Of a stretch of DNA of 63,101 bases, positions 23,573-33,705 are shown one piece after another; the first letter of the stretch is position 1, and each line of letters opens with the position of its first letter. Under the pieces are notes generated by a model, which saw nothing but the letters and a program-made list of their open reading frames with translations, searched no databases and had not been told where the DNA came from. The stretch is from Sulfitobacter sp. (GTDB lineage Bacteria; Pseudomonadota; Alphaproteobacteria; Rhodobacterales; Rhodobacteraceae), in assembly GCF_041552635.1 (NCBI RefSeq), contig NZ_JBFEKM010000001.1, positions 1 to 63,101 of the forward strand, in the 5' to 3' direction. The position numbers and the translations under genes were made by a program.

Positions 23573-23968
23573 ATGCCCCCCGAACTTACCGTCCTCATCC
23601 TCGCCGCCCTGCTACAGACCGTAACATTCGTGCTTTACGCAGTCCCAGCGAACCGCGAACTTGGTACCGGCTATACGATGTCAGCGCGCGACCGCGCCCC
23701 CACGCGCGAAATGTCCGACCGCACTGCCCGTCTTGGCAGAACAATGGACAATACCTTCGAAGCACTCATTCTCTTTGGCATTGCCGCTACTGTCATTACG
23801 ATCTCCGATCAAAGCACCACATACACCATGTTGATGTCGTGGATTTTCCTTGCCGCCCGTATAGCCTATATTCCCGCATACGCGCTTGGCTGGCGTCCGG
23901 GCCGCTCAATCATCTGGGCCGTAGGCTTCGCCGCCACAACGCTCATGCTGATCGCGGCGCTCTTTTGA
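23573..23968 (+). CDS. MAPEG family membrane protein
   Basis: RLGRTMDNTFEAL, FLAARIAYIPAY..G...RS..W. Confidence 0.8.
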   Translation: MPPELTVLILAALLQTVTFVLYAVPANRELGTGYTMSARDRAPTREMSDRTARLGRTMDNTFEALILFGIAATVITISDQSTTYTMLMSWIFLAARIAYIPAYALGWRPGRSIIWAVGFAATTLMLIAALF

Positions 23969-24026
23969 TCTTCCAAATGGACCCAAATCCCGGGGGAGTG
24001 CGCTTGCGCACGGCGGCAGCGCCCCC
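23969..24026 (+). repeat. REP-like intergenic element (degenerate copy)
   Basis: CCCAAATCCCGGGGGA-GTGCGCTTGCGCAC-GGCGGCAGCGCCCCC; related to copies at 25505-25553 and 33001-33032. Confidence 0.5.
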
Positions 24027-24095
24027 TAGCCTCTCTCTCAACCAAGACACCTATTGAAAACAACCAACCGTCCGACCTTCTCAAGGAGACCTCCC

Positions 24096-25484
24096 ATGTC
24101 CAGCTACGATGTCATCATCATCGGCTCCGGCCCCGGCGGCTATGTATCCGCAATTCGCTGCGCCCAATTGGGCCTCAAGACCGCCTGCGTCGAGGGGCGC
24201 GACACGTTGGGCGGAACCTGCTTGAACGTCGGCTGCATCCCGTCAAAGGCTCTGCTCCACGCGACCCATATGCTCCACGAGGCGGAGCATAATTTCGGGG
24301 ACATGGGCCTTAAGGGCAAGAGCCCCTCGGTCGACTGGAACCAGATGCAGGCCTATAAACAGAACACCATTGACACCAATACCAAGGGCATCGAATTCCT
24401 GTTCAAAAAGAACAAGATCGACTGGATCAAAGGCTGGGCAACCATTCCCGAGGCCGGCAAGGTCAAGGTTGGCGACGACGTGCACGACGCCAAAAACATC
24501 ATCATCGCCACAGGATCAGAACCGGCATCACTTCCGGGTGTTGAGGTCGACGAAAAGATCGTTGTCACCTCGACCGGGGTGTTGTCGCTGAACAAGGTCC
24601 CCAAGAAAATGGTCGTGATCGGTGCAGGTGTCATCGGCTTGGAGATCGGCTCGGTCTATGCCCGTCTCGGCAGCGAGGTCACCGTGGTTGAATACCTTGA
24701 TGCGATCACGCCCGGCATGGACGGTGAAGTGCAAAAGAACTTCATGCGGATCCTGAAAAAGCAGGGAATCAACTTTATCATGGGGGCCGCTGTCCAAGGT
24801 ACCGAAGCTTCAAAATCCAAAGCAAAGGTCACCTACAAGCTGCGCAAGGACGAAAGCGAACATACGCTGGATGCTGATGTCGTGCTGGTCTCGACCGGTC
24901 GCAAACCATTTTATGATGGTCTGGACCTTGCCGGTCTCGGTATCGAGATGACCAAGCGCGGACAGATCGCTGTGAATGACCACTGGGAAACATCCGTCAA
25001 AGGCATTTATGCAATCGGCGACGTGATCGAGGGCCCCATGCTGGCGCACAAGGCCGAAGACGAAGGCATGGCAGTCGCTTCAGTCATTGCTGGCAAGCAT
25101 GGTCACGTAAACTATGGCGTGATCCCCGGCGTGATCTACACCCACCCAGAGGTTGCAAATGTCGGCATGACCGAAGAGCAACTGAAAGAAGAAGGCCGCG
25201 CCTATAAAGTTGGCAAATTCAGCTTTATGGGGAACGCCCGTGCCAAGGCTGTTTTCGCCGGTGAAGGGTTTGTAAAGATCATCGCCGACAAAGAAACCGA
25301 CCGCATTCTAGGTGCTCATATCATCGGGCCAGCGGCAGGTGATCTGATCCACGAGGTTTGCGTTGCGATGGAATTCGGTGCCTCTGCCGAAGATCTGGCG
25401 ATGACGTGCCACGCCCATCCGACTTACTCCGAAGCTGTGCGTGAAGCTGCATTGGCCTGTGGTGATGGCGCAATCCACATGTGA
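24096..25484 (+). CDS. lpdA: Dihydrolipoamide dehydrogenase (E3)
   Basis: [19 protein letters not shown] redox disulfide, HAHPTYSE. Confidence 0.97.
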   Translation: MSSYDVIIIGSGPGGYVSAIRCAQLGLKTACVEGRDTLGGTCLNVGCIPSKALLHATHMLHEAEHNFGDMGLKGKSPSVDWNQMQAYKQNTIDTNTKGIEFLFKKNKIDWIKGWATIPEAGKVKVGDDVHDAKNIIIATGSEPASLPGVEVDEKIVVTSTGVLSLNKVPKKMVVIGAGVIGLEIGSVYARLGSEVTVVEYLDAITPGMDGEVQKNFMRILKKQGINFIMGAAVQGTEASKSKAKVTYKLRKDESEHTLDADVVLVSTGRKPFYDGLDLAGLGIEMTKRGQIAVNDHWETSVKGIYAIGDVIEGPMLAHKAEDEGMAVASVIAGKHGHVNYGVIPGVIYTHPEVANVGMTEEQLKEEGRAYKVGKFSFMGNARAKAVFAGEGFVKIIADKETDRILGAHIIGPAAGDLIHEVCVAMEFGASAEDLAMTCHAHPTYSEAVREAALACGDGAIHM

Positions 25485-25504
25485 TTGGTTTTGAATGATC
25501 TTAC

Positions 25505-25553
25505 GTCTGGGGCTCTGCCCCAGACCCCGGGATATTTATGAGCCAGAGAAGAA
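25505..25553 (-). repeat. REP-like intergenic element
   Basis: Minus strand TTCTCTGGCTCATAAATATCCCGGG-GTCTGGGGC-AGA-GCCCCAGAC; 20/22 identity with 33001-33022. Confidence 0.65.
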
Positions 25554-25771
25554 GAAGATGGCTGGGGAAACGGCGGCGAATTCCAACCCATGTGCCGACC
25601 CTGTCGATCTTGCTGATCACACGTATGTCATACGGTCTATGCGCACCAGAGCCTGAGGTGTTTGGCACACGCAGTTAGGGTCACGGAGCCTTGGAGGTGA
25701 TAGATGATCTGGGGCCATGCGCATAGTCGATTACATCAGCCTGCTTCAACTCCCAGATAGCCCCGATATTT

Positions 25772-26497
25772 TCAGCGCTCCGCATGCGCTCTAGCATCTG
25801 CAAGCAATTCGTCTGACCGTTTTTCCACAACCCGCTCTAGGGTTTCCATAAAGTCTTTCCGCTCCATTCCGGCAGGCATCGGATCCAGGAATTCGACCAC
25901 TGCGACACCGGGGCGACGGTACAGCCCGCGACGTGGCCAGAAATACCCGACATTCGTGGCGACAGGCACGCAGGGCTGACCCAATTGCTCATAAAGTGCG
26001 GCAGTCCCCTTTTTATAGGGCACGATGGCACCGGGTGCGACACGGGTCCCTTGGGCGTAGATAATCATTTGGCCTGCGTCCATATCACCCCGTCGGACAT
26101 CCGCCAGCATCTTGGTGACCGCCTGCCCGCGCTTGCCACGATTGACGGGGATCATTCCCATGCGTTTGGCATATTGCCCGATCACAGGCATCCAGAGGAT
26201 TTCCCGTTTCATGATGAATTTTCCCGCCGGGACGGATTGAAAGATCATCAGAATGTCTAGAAATGACTGGTGCTTGGCGGCAATCAAAACCGCATCCGTC
26301 GGGGGGGTGCCGCGTACTTCGCAACGCATGCCAACGATATGTTCTGCCATCCACATTACACCGCGCGAATAGCCTTTGCAGCAGGCGTAGGCCCCGCGTC
26401 GTGAAAACAGCGCCCATGGTGCATAAAGAATGCCGATAACGGGCATAAAGACCGTGCATCCCACGATAAATGTGATTGATCGTATCCACTGCAACAT
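25772..26497 (-). CDS. plsC: 1-acyl-sn-glycerol-3-phosphate acyltransferase family protein
   Basis: KHQSFLD (HX4D), YAQGTR block; coupled to the ftsX stop. Confidence 0.85.
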   Translation of the reverse strand: MLQWIRSITFIVGCTVFMPVIGILYAPWALFSRRGAYACCKGYSRGVMWMAEHIVGMRCEVRGTPPTDAVLIAAKHQSFLDILMIFQSVPAGKFIMKREILWMPVIGQYAKRMGMIPVNRGKRGQAVTKMLADVRRGDMDAGQMIIYAQGTRVAPGAIVPYKKGTAALYEQLGQPCVPVATNVGYFWPRRGLYRRPGVAVVEFLDPMPAGMERKDFMETLERVVEKRSDELLADARAHAER

Positions 26498-27402
26498 CAG
26501 GCAAGTTCCTTTAGGGTGCGCCGGGCTGCGGCACCTGTGGCGGCAAAGGCGACGGCACCTGCCAAAAACGGGATCAGCAGAGGCACCAGCCAATGCCATC
26601 CCTGAAAACCAAGCCCGGTCAGAAATCCGCCCGCATCAGAGGTGCTTGGCAATAGCAAGATCGCCAGCATCCCAAGCACCATTCCCACAGTCGCCCCGGT
26701 CAGGGCGCGCAGGGTAAAGCGTCGTATAAAGGCCTGCGCGATATAGCCGTCGGTGGCCCCGACCAACCGGAGTACCGCGATCACTTGTGCGTTCGCAGAC
26801 AGGGCTGCATGGGCGGCAAGTGTCACCATCGCCGCCATCGTTGCGGTGATCAGCAAGGTTGATATCCACCCCAGCAGCTTGAGCCGCGACGCCGCTTTGA
26901 CCAGTGGCGCGCGCCAGCGGCTGTGGTTGTCCAGCACGGCACCTGGAACTTCGGCGGCCAGACGCAGGCGCAGGCCGTCGGCATCCATACCATCCCCATC
27001 CTCGATAATTTCGATCAAGCGCGGCACAGGCAATGCGTCAATCGCCAGTTCAGGCCCGAACCACGGGGCAAGCAACGCTTGCTGTTCCGCGTCGGTCAAT
27101 GCGCGCGCGGTTTGCACGCCTTTGGTTGTCTCTAGAATACGCAGGGCAGCGGCCGTTTGCGCGGCGCGCTGATCAATCGGGGCCACAACACGGATTGTCG
27201 CCGTACGTGCCAATTCCTGCCCCCACATATTCGCCAGCCGCCCCGAAGCCAGCGATAGCGCCAGCGCAAAAACCGCGAGAAAAGCCATCGTCGCGGCAGC
27301 AAACAAGGTCAGCTGCGCCGTAAATCCCGAAGGTGGCACGACCCGATCCGCTTGCCGGTCCCCTTTCCAAAGGGCAGCAAGAATGACGCGTGGCTTGATC
27401 AC
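26497..27402 (-). CDS. ftsX: Cell division permease FtsX
   Basis: Four TM segments, LRLVGATDGYIA, follows ftsE. Confidence 0.9.
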   Translation of the reverse strand: MIKPRVILAALWKGDRQADRVVPPSGFTAQLTLFAAATMAFLAVFALALSLASGRLANMWGQELARTATIRVVAPIDQRAAQTAAALRILETTKGVQTARALTDAEQQALLAPWFGPELAIDALPVPRLIEIIEDGDGMDADGLRLRLAAEVPGAVLDNHSRWRAPLVKAASRLKLLGWISTLLITATMAAMVTLAAHAALSANAQVIAVLRLVGATDGYIAQAFIRRFTLRALTGATVGMVLGMLAILLLPSTSDAGGFLTGLGFQGWHWLVPLLIPFLAGAVAFAATGAAARRTLKELA

Positions 27403-28076
27403 AAATCTGCCCCCGCCAATTGGATGCGCCGGTTTGCAATGCGCAACACCCGCGCCTGTACCTGCGCCTTGGTGGCGCGGATCAGGCTTAGGTCATGAGT
27501 CGCGATCAACACGGTCTTGCCCATTTTGTTCAGCTCCACCAGCAGCCGCAGCAGACGTTGGGACATTTCCCAATCCACGTTGCCTGTCGGTTCATCGGCC
27601 AACACCACATCGGGCGACATGATCACGGCCCGCGCAAGGGCCGCACGCTGCCGTTCGCCGCCAGACAGTTCGGGCGGCAACGCATCGGCGCGGTTGCTTA
27701 GGCCCACCCAGGACAACAGTTCCTCTAGGTCGCCACCTGCCGCGTCGGCATGGCGGCCTGACACAGTCAGCGGCAGGCTGATGTTTTCGGACACCGGCAG
27801 GTGGTTCAGAAACTGGCAATCCTGATGCACCACCCCCACGCGGCGCCGGACCATCGCGATATCGTCGCGGTCAAGGCTACGCACATCCGTGTCAAACAGG
27901 CGCACATGTCCCGCCGTTGGCAAAAGCGCGCCGTAACACAGCTTCATCAAGGTGGTTTTGCCAGCCCCGGACGGTCCGGTCAAAAAGTGAAACGACCCCG
28001 GTGCCAGCTTGACCGAGATATCGGACAACAATTCGCCCCCGCCATAGCTATAGGCTACGTTTTCAAACTCGATCAC
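27399..28076 (-). CDS. ftsE: Cell division ATP-binding protein FtsE
   Basis: GPSGAGKT, LSGGERQR, ADEPTGNVD, ATHD. Confidence 0.93.
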   Translation of the reverse strand: MIEFENVAYSYGGGELLSDISVKLAPGSFHFLTGPSGAGKTTLMKLCYGALLPTAGHVRLFDTDVRSLDRDDIAMVRRRVGVVHQDCQFLNHLPVSENISLPLTVSGRHADAAGGDLEELLSWVGLSNRADALPPELSGGERQRAALARAVIMSPDVVLADEPTGNVDWEMSQRLLRLLVELNKMGKTVLIATHDLSLIRATKAQVQARVLRIANRRIQLAGADL

Positions 28077-28241
28077 ACGAAATTCCCAACCCGTTTGAAC
28101 TGTTGTGCCTTAGCACCGCTTGGGTTTCAATGCACCCCATGGCAGGCTGGGCATGAAGATTGCACTTTTCCTGCCGATTTCTAGACCATAAGGTCGTATA
28201 CATGTGAAGAATGTGAGGTTTCCAATGGGTACGGACGCGCG

Positions 28242-29060
28242 ATGAGACTGATCTGTCCCAACTGTGATGCGCAATACGAGGTGCCCGACGAGGTCATGCC
28301 AACGTCGGGCCGCGATGTGCAATGTTCAAACTGTGGTCAAACATGGTTTCAGCATCACCCCGATTACATGCCGCAAGATGACCCCGACGCCCCCGAGGAT
28401 GATGCCCTTGGTGCCGAGGACGATGCAGACTTTTTCCCAAAGGCAGCTTCACAGGGTGCGCCCACCCCCGTGCGCAAGCAGCTTGACCCGTCGGTTGCGG
28501 ACATCTTGCGTCAAGAGGCCGAAGCAGAACAGGCCGCGCGCCAAAGCCGTCAGGCCGAAACACTGGAAAGCCAACCGGATCTTGGGTTGGACAATGCGGG
28601 CGAACCTTCAGACAGCGACCGCGCGCAGCAAGCCAAAGAGCGTATGGCGCGGTTACGTGGTGAGGAAGTGCGCACGGCTTCGGAAGTCAAAGCCACCGCA
28701 GCGGCCATCGGATCGCGGCGCGATCTTCTGCCCGATATCGAAGAGATAAATTCGACCCTCCGGTCTGACACCACACGGCGCAATGCCGCCCCCGCCAGAG
28801 ACACCGGAACCACCACGGGTTTGGACACAGCCGAAGAACGCCGCGGCTTTAGTGCCGGTTTTCTCAGCATCGTAGTGTTGGCGACGCTGTTGATCATGAT
28901 CTATGTCTTTGCGCCCAAGATCGCCGCGATGGTGCCGGGTGTTGATCCCTACCTGTCCGCCTTTGTGGCATGGGTCGATAACACCCGCCTGTGGCTGGAC
29001 GAGCATTTGCAAAGCGCTTTGCAGTGGCTGGATGCAAAAGCATCCCAATCGGGCACCTGA
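28242..29060 (+). CDS. MJ0042-type zinc-ribbon membrane protein (ZitP-like position and N-terminus)
   Basis: CPNCDAQY...GRDVQCSNCGQTWF; one C-terminal TM segment; divergent from ftsE. Confidence 0.8.
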   Translation: MRLICPNCDAQYEVPDEVMPTSGRDVQCSNCGQTWFQHHPDYMPQDDPDAPEDDALGAEDDADFFPKAASQGAPTPVRKQLDPSVADILRQEAEAEQAARQSRQAETLESQPDLGLDNAGEPSDSDRAQQAKERMARLRGEEVRTASEVKATAAAIGSRRDLLPDIEEINSTLRSDTTRRNAAPARDTGTTTGLDTAEERRGFSAGFLSIVVLATLLIMIYVFAPKIAAMVPGVDPYLSAFVAWVDNTRLWLDEHLQSALQWLDAKASQSGT

Positions 29061-29099
29061 CAGGGCAACGTTTGTGCCGCGAGGCCCGTTTACGCGCCG

Positions 29100-31703
29100 C
29101 TAGAAACGATCCAGCAAACGGTTCAGATAGTCGCGCTCAACCTCGGGGCGTTCCGCCTCGCCAGAGCGGCGTCTGATTTCATCCAGCAGTTCGCGTGCGC
29201 GCCCGTAGGCGTCATTGTCCATCGACAGTTCACCTTCGGTGCTTTCGCCACCGTTCGAGGATTGGTTGCGCCCCAAAGGATCACGGTTATTGGCCTGCTG
29301 GTTACCATCGGCATTGCCTTGGCCCGGCTGGTTTTGCTGCTGTTCCTGCGCCATTGCATCGCCAAGCGCGCGCATGCCTTCGCGCAGGGCTTCCATTGCT
29401 TGGGACTGGTTATCAATCGCCTCCGAGAGGTCATTATTCCGCAAGGCTTCTTCGGCACCGTCCATGGCGCGGCCCGCACGGTCTAACGCGTCGCGCGCCG
29501 CATCCCCTTCGGCTGTGCCACCGCCCGGCAGCCGCCCTTGCTGGCGGTTCAGCTCATCGCGCAGCGCTTGTTGGCGATCTGCGATCGACCCTTGGCCATC
29601 TTGCCCTTGTCCATCGTTCTGGCCGGGCTGCTGCCCTTGTTGGCCTTGTCCGGGTTGGTTCTGGCCCTGCTGCTGACCGGGCTGCTGGCCTTGCCCTTGC
29701 TGCTGGCCCGGCTGTTGTCCTTGCTGCCCTTGCTGGCCATCCGGATTGAACTGTTCTTGCAAATCGCGGAACGCCTGATCGCTCAGCTCTTGCTGGTCGC
29801 GCAAGGTTTCGGCCAACCCCTCCATCGCCTGTTCACCGGGGCTTTGACCGCCCTGACCGGGCTGGCCTTGGGTGACCCGCATGTTCTCCATCATCTCTTG
29901 AAGCTCGCGCAGCGCCTGTTCGGCCTCGGCCATGCGGCCTTGCTCCATCAGCTCTTGAATGCGGTCCATCATGCGCTGCAAATCGTCTTGGGTCATTTGC
30001 ATGCTCTCGCTTTGCTGGCCCTGTTGCGGGTCTTGCTGCTCGCCCTCTTGAGCTTGCTGTCGCTGCAACTGGCGCATGTACTCGTCGGTCGCACGGCGTA
30101 ATTCATCCATCAGCTCGGCGATTTCTTCTTTCGACGCTCCGTTTTTCATCGCCTCGGTCAGCCGCTCTTGGGCACGGCGCATCCGGTCCAGTGCGTCAGC
30201 CAAAACGCCTTCTTCAAGCTCGATCGCCAAATCCCACAGGTCTTCGGCTATGTCGGTCTGCACCTCGTCGCTCAGACCATAGCTGGCGCGAATGTCCAAC
30301 CGGTTGATCTGCTGGCGCAACCGCAAGGCAGATGTTTCGGACCGGAAAATGTCTTGGGGACGATAGGCCACCGCCTTGAGAACCTGCGCCAATCGCGCGG
30401 CATTCGCCTTGGACCACAACAGGTCGCGCCGTTGTTCAATTACCGCAGCCGCCAGCGGATCAAAGAACCGCCGCCCCGGCAAGGTCATCCCGCTTGGAGG
30501 GGTGGCGGTCTGCTGCTCTGACGCATCCAGAACGCTCAAGCTGATTTTCACAGGCAAATTTGCCCATGGATGCTTGGAGAAATCCTCGATCAGGTTTTCT
30601 TCGAACTCAGTGCGGTCCCCCGCAATCGGCATGGGCAGAGGGATAACCAGTTCAGGACGCGCATCAGGATCAACCGCCAACCCATAGCGCCGGTCAACTG
30701 CCGCCAGATCAAGACTGATCCGCGCCTCACCTGCTTCAACGCCGTAATCATCGCGCGCCACAAATGGCAGACGCATTTCGCCCAAGGCAGCAACTTCCGG
30801 GTCGCCCAAAATCTCAACTTCGGGGGCGGCATCGGGCAGCATCGTCACATTCCAAACGCGCCCGCCGGGTCCATCAACGCGGACTTCACCGCTTTGGGCG
30901 ACCGTGAAATCCAGCACCGTCGCGGGTTCGACATCCTGATCAACCGGCACGCCTGATACAGTCTGCGTGACGCTCAACGCGCCCACTTCGCCATAAAGCC
31001 GCAGGGTGATCAAAGTACCGGCGGGCAAATTGATCGCCCCCGCATCCAGATCAGCCAGATACAGCGTTGGCCTTCCGGTATAGCGTGGCGGTTCAGCCCA
31101 GCCTTCCCAGACCGGCCCGCTGGCCAATCCGCCGCCACCCGGTGCCATCCCTGCAACAGACCCCACGCGCAGCACCGACCCGAATACCAGTGCCGTGGCG
31201 AAAAACAGCATGGCGACATAGCGCAGCGCAAACGGATCGCGCCGCGAAACGCGCAGGTCGGCAGGCACAGCCCGCGCTGCCGCCGCACGGTCGCTCATCC
31301 GCTGTTGGTGCGCTTGCCAGACTGCCATCGACGCCGGATCGCCCGCACCAATGGCTTGGGCATCCATCAAGGCCTGAATGGGACGTCCGGGCAAACTTGC
31401 ATCCAGCCGCGCCAACGCATCGATCTGTCTTGGTACTTTGAAATACCATGCGGCATAGCCTAACGCGCCAATAACAGCGATCAAAACCGCCGCAGCCGCA
31501 GCATAGACAACCTCGACCGCGACAAGATCATGCAGCCCCAAGATCAGCGCTGCCAGGACAACAAGGATCACCCCGACCAACGGCCAAAGCGCTTGAACCA
31601 GCGCTTCGGCCCACATGCCAGCCCAAGTCAGCCTGAGCGGCCATTTGATTTTGGCGAGCCCGCGGCGTTGGTCATCACTTGTGATAAGGGTCATCTTTGA
31701 CAA
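29100..31703 (-). CDS. TIGR02302/DUF4175 family membrane coiled-coil protein
   Basis: N-terminal TM segments, RRDPFALRY, PPRYTG, HPWA, Q/G-rich linker, RDPLGR, ERDYLNRLL; start could be ATG 31694. Confidence 0.85.
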   Translation of the reverse strand: MSKMTLITSDDQRRGLAKIKWPLRLTWAGMWAEALVQALWPLVGVILVVLAALILGLHDLVAVEVVYAAAAAVLIAVIGALGYAAWYFKVPRQIDALARLDASLPGRPIQALMDAQAIGAGDPASMAVWQAHQQRMSDRAAAARAVPADLRVSRRDPFALRYVAMLFFATALVFGSVLRVGSVAGMAPGGGGLASGPVWEGWAEPPRYTGRPTLYLADLDAGAINLPAGTLITLRLYGEVGALSVTQTVSGVPVDQDVEPATVLDFTVAQSGEVRVDGPGGRVWNVTMLPDAAPEVEILGDPEVAALGEMRLPFVARDDYGVEAGEARISLDLAAVDRRYGLAVDPDARPELVIPLPMPIAGDRTEFEENLIEDFSKHPWANLPVKISLSVLDASEQQTATPPSGMTLPGRRFFDPLAAAVIEQRRDLLWSKANAARLAQVLKAVAYRPQDIFRSETSALRLRQQINRLDIRASYGLSDEVQTDIAEDLWDLAIELEEGVLADALDRMRRAQERLTEAMKNGASKEEIAELMDELRRATDEYMRQLQRQQAQEGEQQDPQQGQQSESMQMTQDDLQRMMDRIQELMEQGRMAEAEQALRELQEMMENMRVTQGQPGQGGQSPGEQAMEGLAETLRDQQELSDQAFRDLQEQFNPDGQQGQQGQQPGQQQGQGQQPGQQQGQNQPGQGQQGQQPGQNDGQGQDGQGSIADRQQALRDELNRQQGRLPGGGTAEGDAARDALDRAGRAMDGAEEALRNNDLSEAIDNQSQAMEALREGMRALGDAMAQEQQQNQPGQGNADGNQQANNRDPLGRNQSSNGGESTEGELSMDNDAYGRARELLDEIRRRSGEAERPEVERDYLNRLLDRF

Positions 31704-31733
31704 TCTCCCGCATGGTTGACACGCAGCGCGCGG

Positions 31734-32999
31734 TCAAAGCCATTCAGGGATGGTATCTCGATTTATCATTTCGTCAAAGGTTGGTCGCGCGCGGATAACC
31801 GCAAATTGATCGTCCTTGACCAAAACTTCCGGAATAAGTGCCCGTGAGTTATACTCGCTGCTCATCACGGCACCGTATGCCCCGGCACTTCTAAACGCGA
31901 CAAGGTCACCTGCGGCAAGCGCTGGCATCATGCGCTGCTTGGCAAATGTATCCCCGGATTCGCAAACCGGCCCGACGATGTCATAGGGCTGCTGCTCAGC
32001 CCCCGGCGCGGGTTCGACCACGGGGATGATGTCGTGATGCGCCTCGTACATGGCAGGGCGGATCAGATCGTTCATCGCCCCGTCAAGGATCAGGAAATCG
32101 CGGCCTTCACCAGACTTCACATAAATCACTTCGCTGATCATCAGCCCTGCATTGCCCGCAATCAAGCGGCCCGGTTCGATTTCGATCTCGCACCCAAGAT
32201 GCCCCAGCTTGCGCTGCACCATCGCACCGTAATCACGGGGCAAAGGGGGCGCTTCGTTATTGCGCTCATAAGGAATGCCCAAGCCGCCGCCCAGATCAAG
32301 CCGGCGTATGTTGTGACCATCTGCGCGCAGAACCTCGGTCAATTCGGCAACTTTGTCATAGGCCTGCTCGAACGGGGCAAGATCGGTCAGCTGGCTGCCA
32401 ATGTGCACGTCGATCCCAATGACATCTAGGCCAGCCATGCTTGCTGCCATTGAATAAACTTCACGCGCACGCGCAATGGGAATGCCAAACTTGTTCTCGG
32501 ATTTGCCGGTCGCGATCTTGGCATGGGTCTTGGCGTCCACATCGGGGTTCACGCGAATGGTGATCGGGGCGACCTTGCCCAGCGACCGCGCCACAGCGTC
32601 CAGAACCTCCATCTCGGGTTCGGATTCGACGTTGAACTGACGAATGCCGCCCTCAAGCGCCAACCTGATCTCATCAGCTGTTTTCCCAACGCCGGAAAAT
32701 ACGATCTTATCGCCCGGAACACCTGCGGCCTTGGCGCGCAAATACTCGCCCGCCGACACAACATCCATGCCCGCCCCTGCCTGCGCCAATGTACGCAAAA
32801 CTGCCTGATTGGAATTGGCCTTCATCGCATAGCAAACCAGATGGTCCATGCCGTCCAGCGCATCATCAAATGCCTTGAAATGCCGCAACAAGGTTGCTGT
32901 GGAATAGACATAAAACGGCGTCCCCACCGTTGCCGCGATCTCTGAAATTGCGACATCTTCAGCGAACAGCGCACCGTCGCGATACAGGAAATGATCCAT
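31734..32999 (-). CDS. lysA: Diaminopimelate decarboxylase
   Basis: YAMKAN (PLP Lys), HIGSQ, EPGR, GPVCESGD, GAYG. Confidence 0.97.
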   Translation of the reverse strand: MDHFLYRDGALFAEDVAISEIAATVGTPFYVYSTATLLRHFKAFDDALDGMDHLVCYAMKANSNQAVLRTLAQAGAGMDVVSAGEYLRAKAAGVPGDKIVFSGVGKTADEIRLALEGGIRQFNVESEPEMEVLDAVARSLGKVAPITIRVNPDVDAKTHAKIATGKSENKFGIPIARAREVYSMAASMAGLDVIGIDVHIGSQLTDLAPFEQAYDKVAELTEVLRADGHNIRRLDLGGGLGIPYERNNEAPPLPRDYGAMVQRKLGHLGCEIEIEPGRLIAGNAGLMISEVIYVKSGEGRDFLILDGAMNDLIRPAMYEAHHDIIPVVEPAPGAEQQPYDIVGPVCESGDTFAKQRMMPALAAGDLVAFRSAGAYGAVMSSEYNSRALIPEVLVKDDQFAVIRARPTFDEMINRDTIPEWL

Positions 33000-33000
33000 T

Positions 33001-33032
33001 TTCTCTGGCTCCCAAATATCCCCGCCGGAGGC
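33001..33032 (+). repeat. REP-like intergenic element
   Basis: TTCTCTGGCTCCCAAATATCCCCGCCGGAGGC abutting the lysA start codon. Confidence 0.6.
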
Positions 33033-33039
33033 TCCGACG

Positions 33040-33357
33040 CTATTTTACAGGGGCCGACCGCAGAAATAGGTACAAAGGCAGGCCACAGCTTACCCCAATA
33101 CCAAAGGTTGCGGGAATGGCAATCAGCGCCAACCAATTTCGCCGCACTGCGACTTCTGCAATGACCCAGACGGTCAGGGTGACGGCAGCAATGGTCAAAT
33201 CCCACACCAGCCCACTTGAGGCCGCATTCACATGCCAAGCCTCGACCATCGCGCCCAAGTCAACTCCATTCGCCCGAAACCAAGTGACGAAATAATACAT
33301 CGGATGGACCGCACCCCAAACCGCGAGGGCAAGATAGATCATGCGCAAAATCGACAT
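33040..33357 (-). CDS. DUF2834-like small membrane protein
   Basis: Three TM segments; GLVWDLTIAA, IGVSCGLPLYLFLR. Confidence 0.75.
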   Translation of the reverse strand: MSILRMIYLALAVWGAVHPMYYFVTWFRANGVDLGAMVEAWHVNAASSGLVWDLTIAAVTLTVWVIAEVAVRRNWLALIAIPATFGIGVSCGLPLYLFLRSAPVK

Positions 33358-33358
33358 G

Positions 33359-33529
33359 TCAAAAACCCTTTGAAACGCCGACGTTCACATAACCTGACAC
33401 ATGTATGCCAGGCTCGTAATTCGACGGCTCTTGGCGCGGGTGCACGGTGTCATCACCGTTGCGCGGCACGGGTGGCGTACACGCCCCAAGCAGCGCCACA
33501 GCGGTGATTACCCATGCCAGTCGCATCAT
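33359..33529 (-). CDS. Small lipoprotein (56 aa)
   Basis: LLGAC lipobox; C-terminal PGIHVSGYVNVGVSKGF. Confidence 0.6.
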   Translation of the reverse strand: MMRLAWVITAVALLGACTPPVPRNGDDTVHPRQEPSNYEPGIHVSGYVNVGVSKGF

Positions 33530-33705
33530 AGCACCTGTCCCAAACCCAACCGGAAGGCACCGCCGCCAACAGTTACTGACGTGCCAACGGAAGCGCCTGA
33601 ATTCGACAGCGTCACCGTCCCGGCAACCTGCGGCTTTTGCGGCTCTCCATCCGCGCCACAGCCCACGAGGACAAGCAAAGATATCAAAGCCAAAGCTGGT
33701 TTCAT
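33526..33705 (-). CDS. Small lipoprotein (59 aa) between argH and lysA
   Basis: LVGC lipobox followed by GADGEP; ATGA coupling to argH. Confidence 0.65.
   Translation of the reverse strand: MKPALALISLLVLVGCGADGEPQKPQVAGTVTLSNSGASVGTSVTVGGGAFRLGLGQVL

Noticed and set aside
25560-25771. Scattered short inverted repeats (CTATGCGCA/TGCGCATAG) suggesting a structured RNA
   Set aside because: The stems are short and mutually crossing, and match no family I recognise.
29590-29745. Low-complexity CAG/GGC repeats resembling an array
   Set aside because: They encode the Q/G-rich linker typical of TIGR02302 proteins; not CRISPR or a VNTR.
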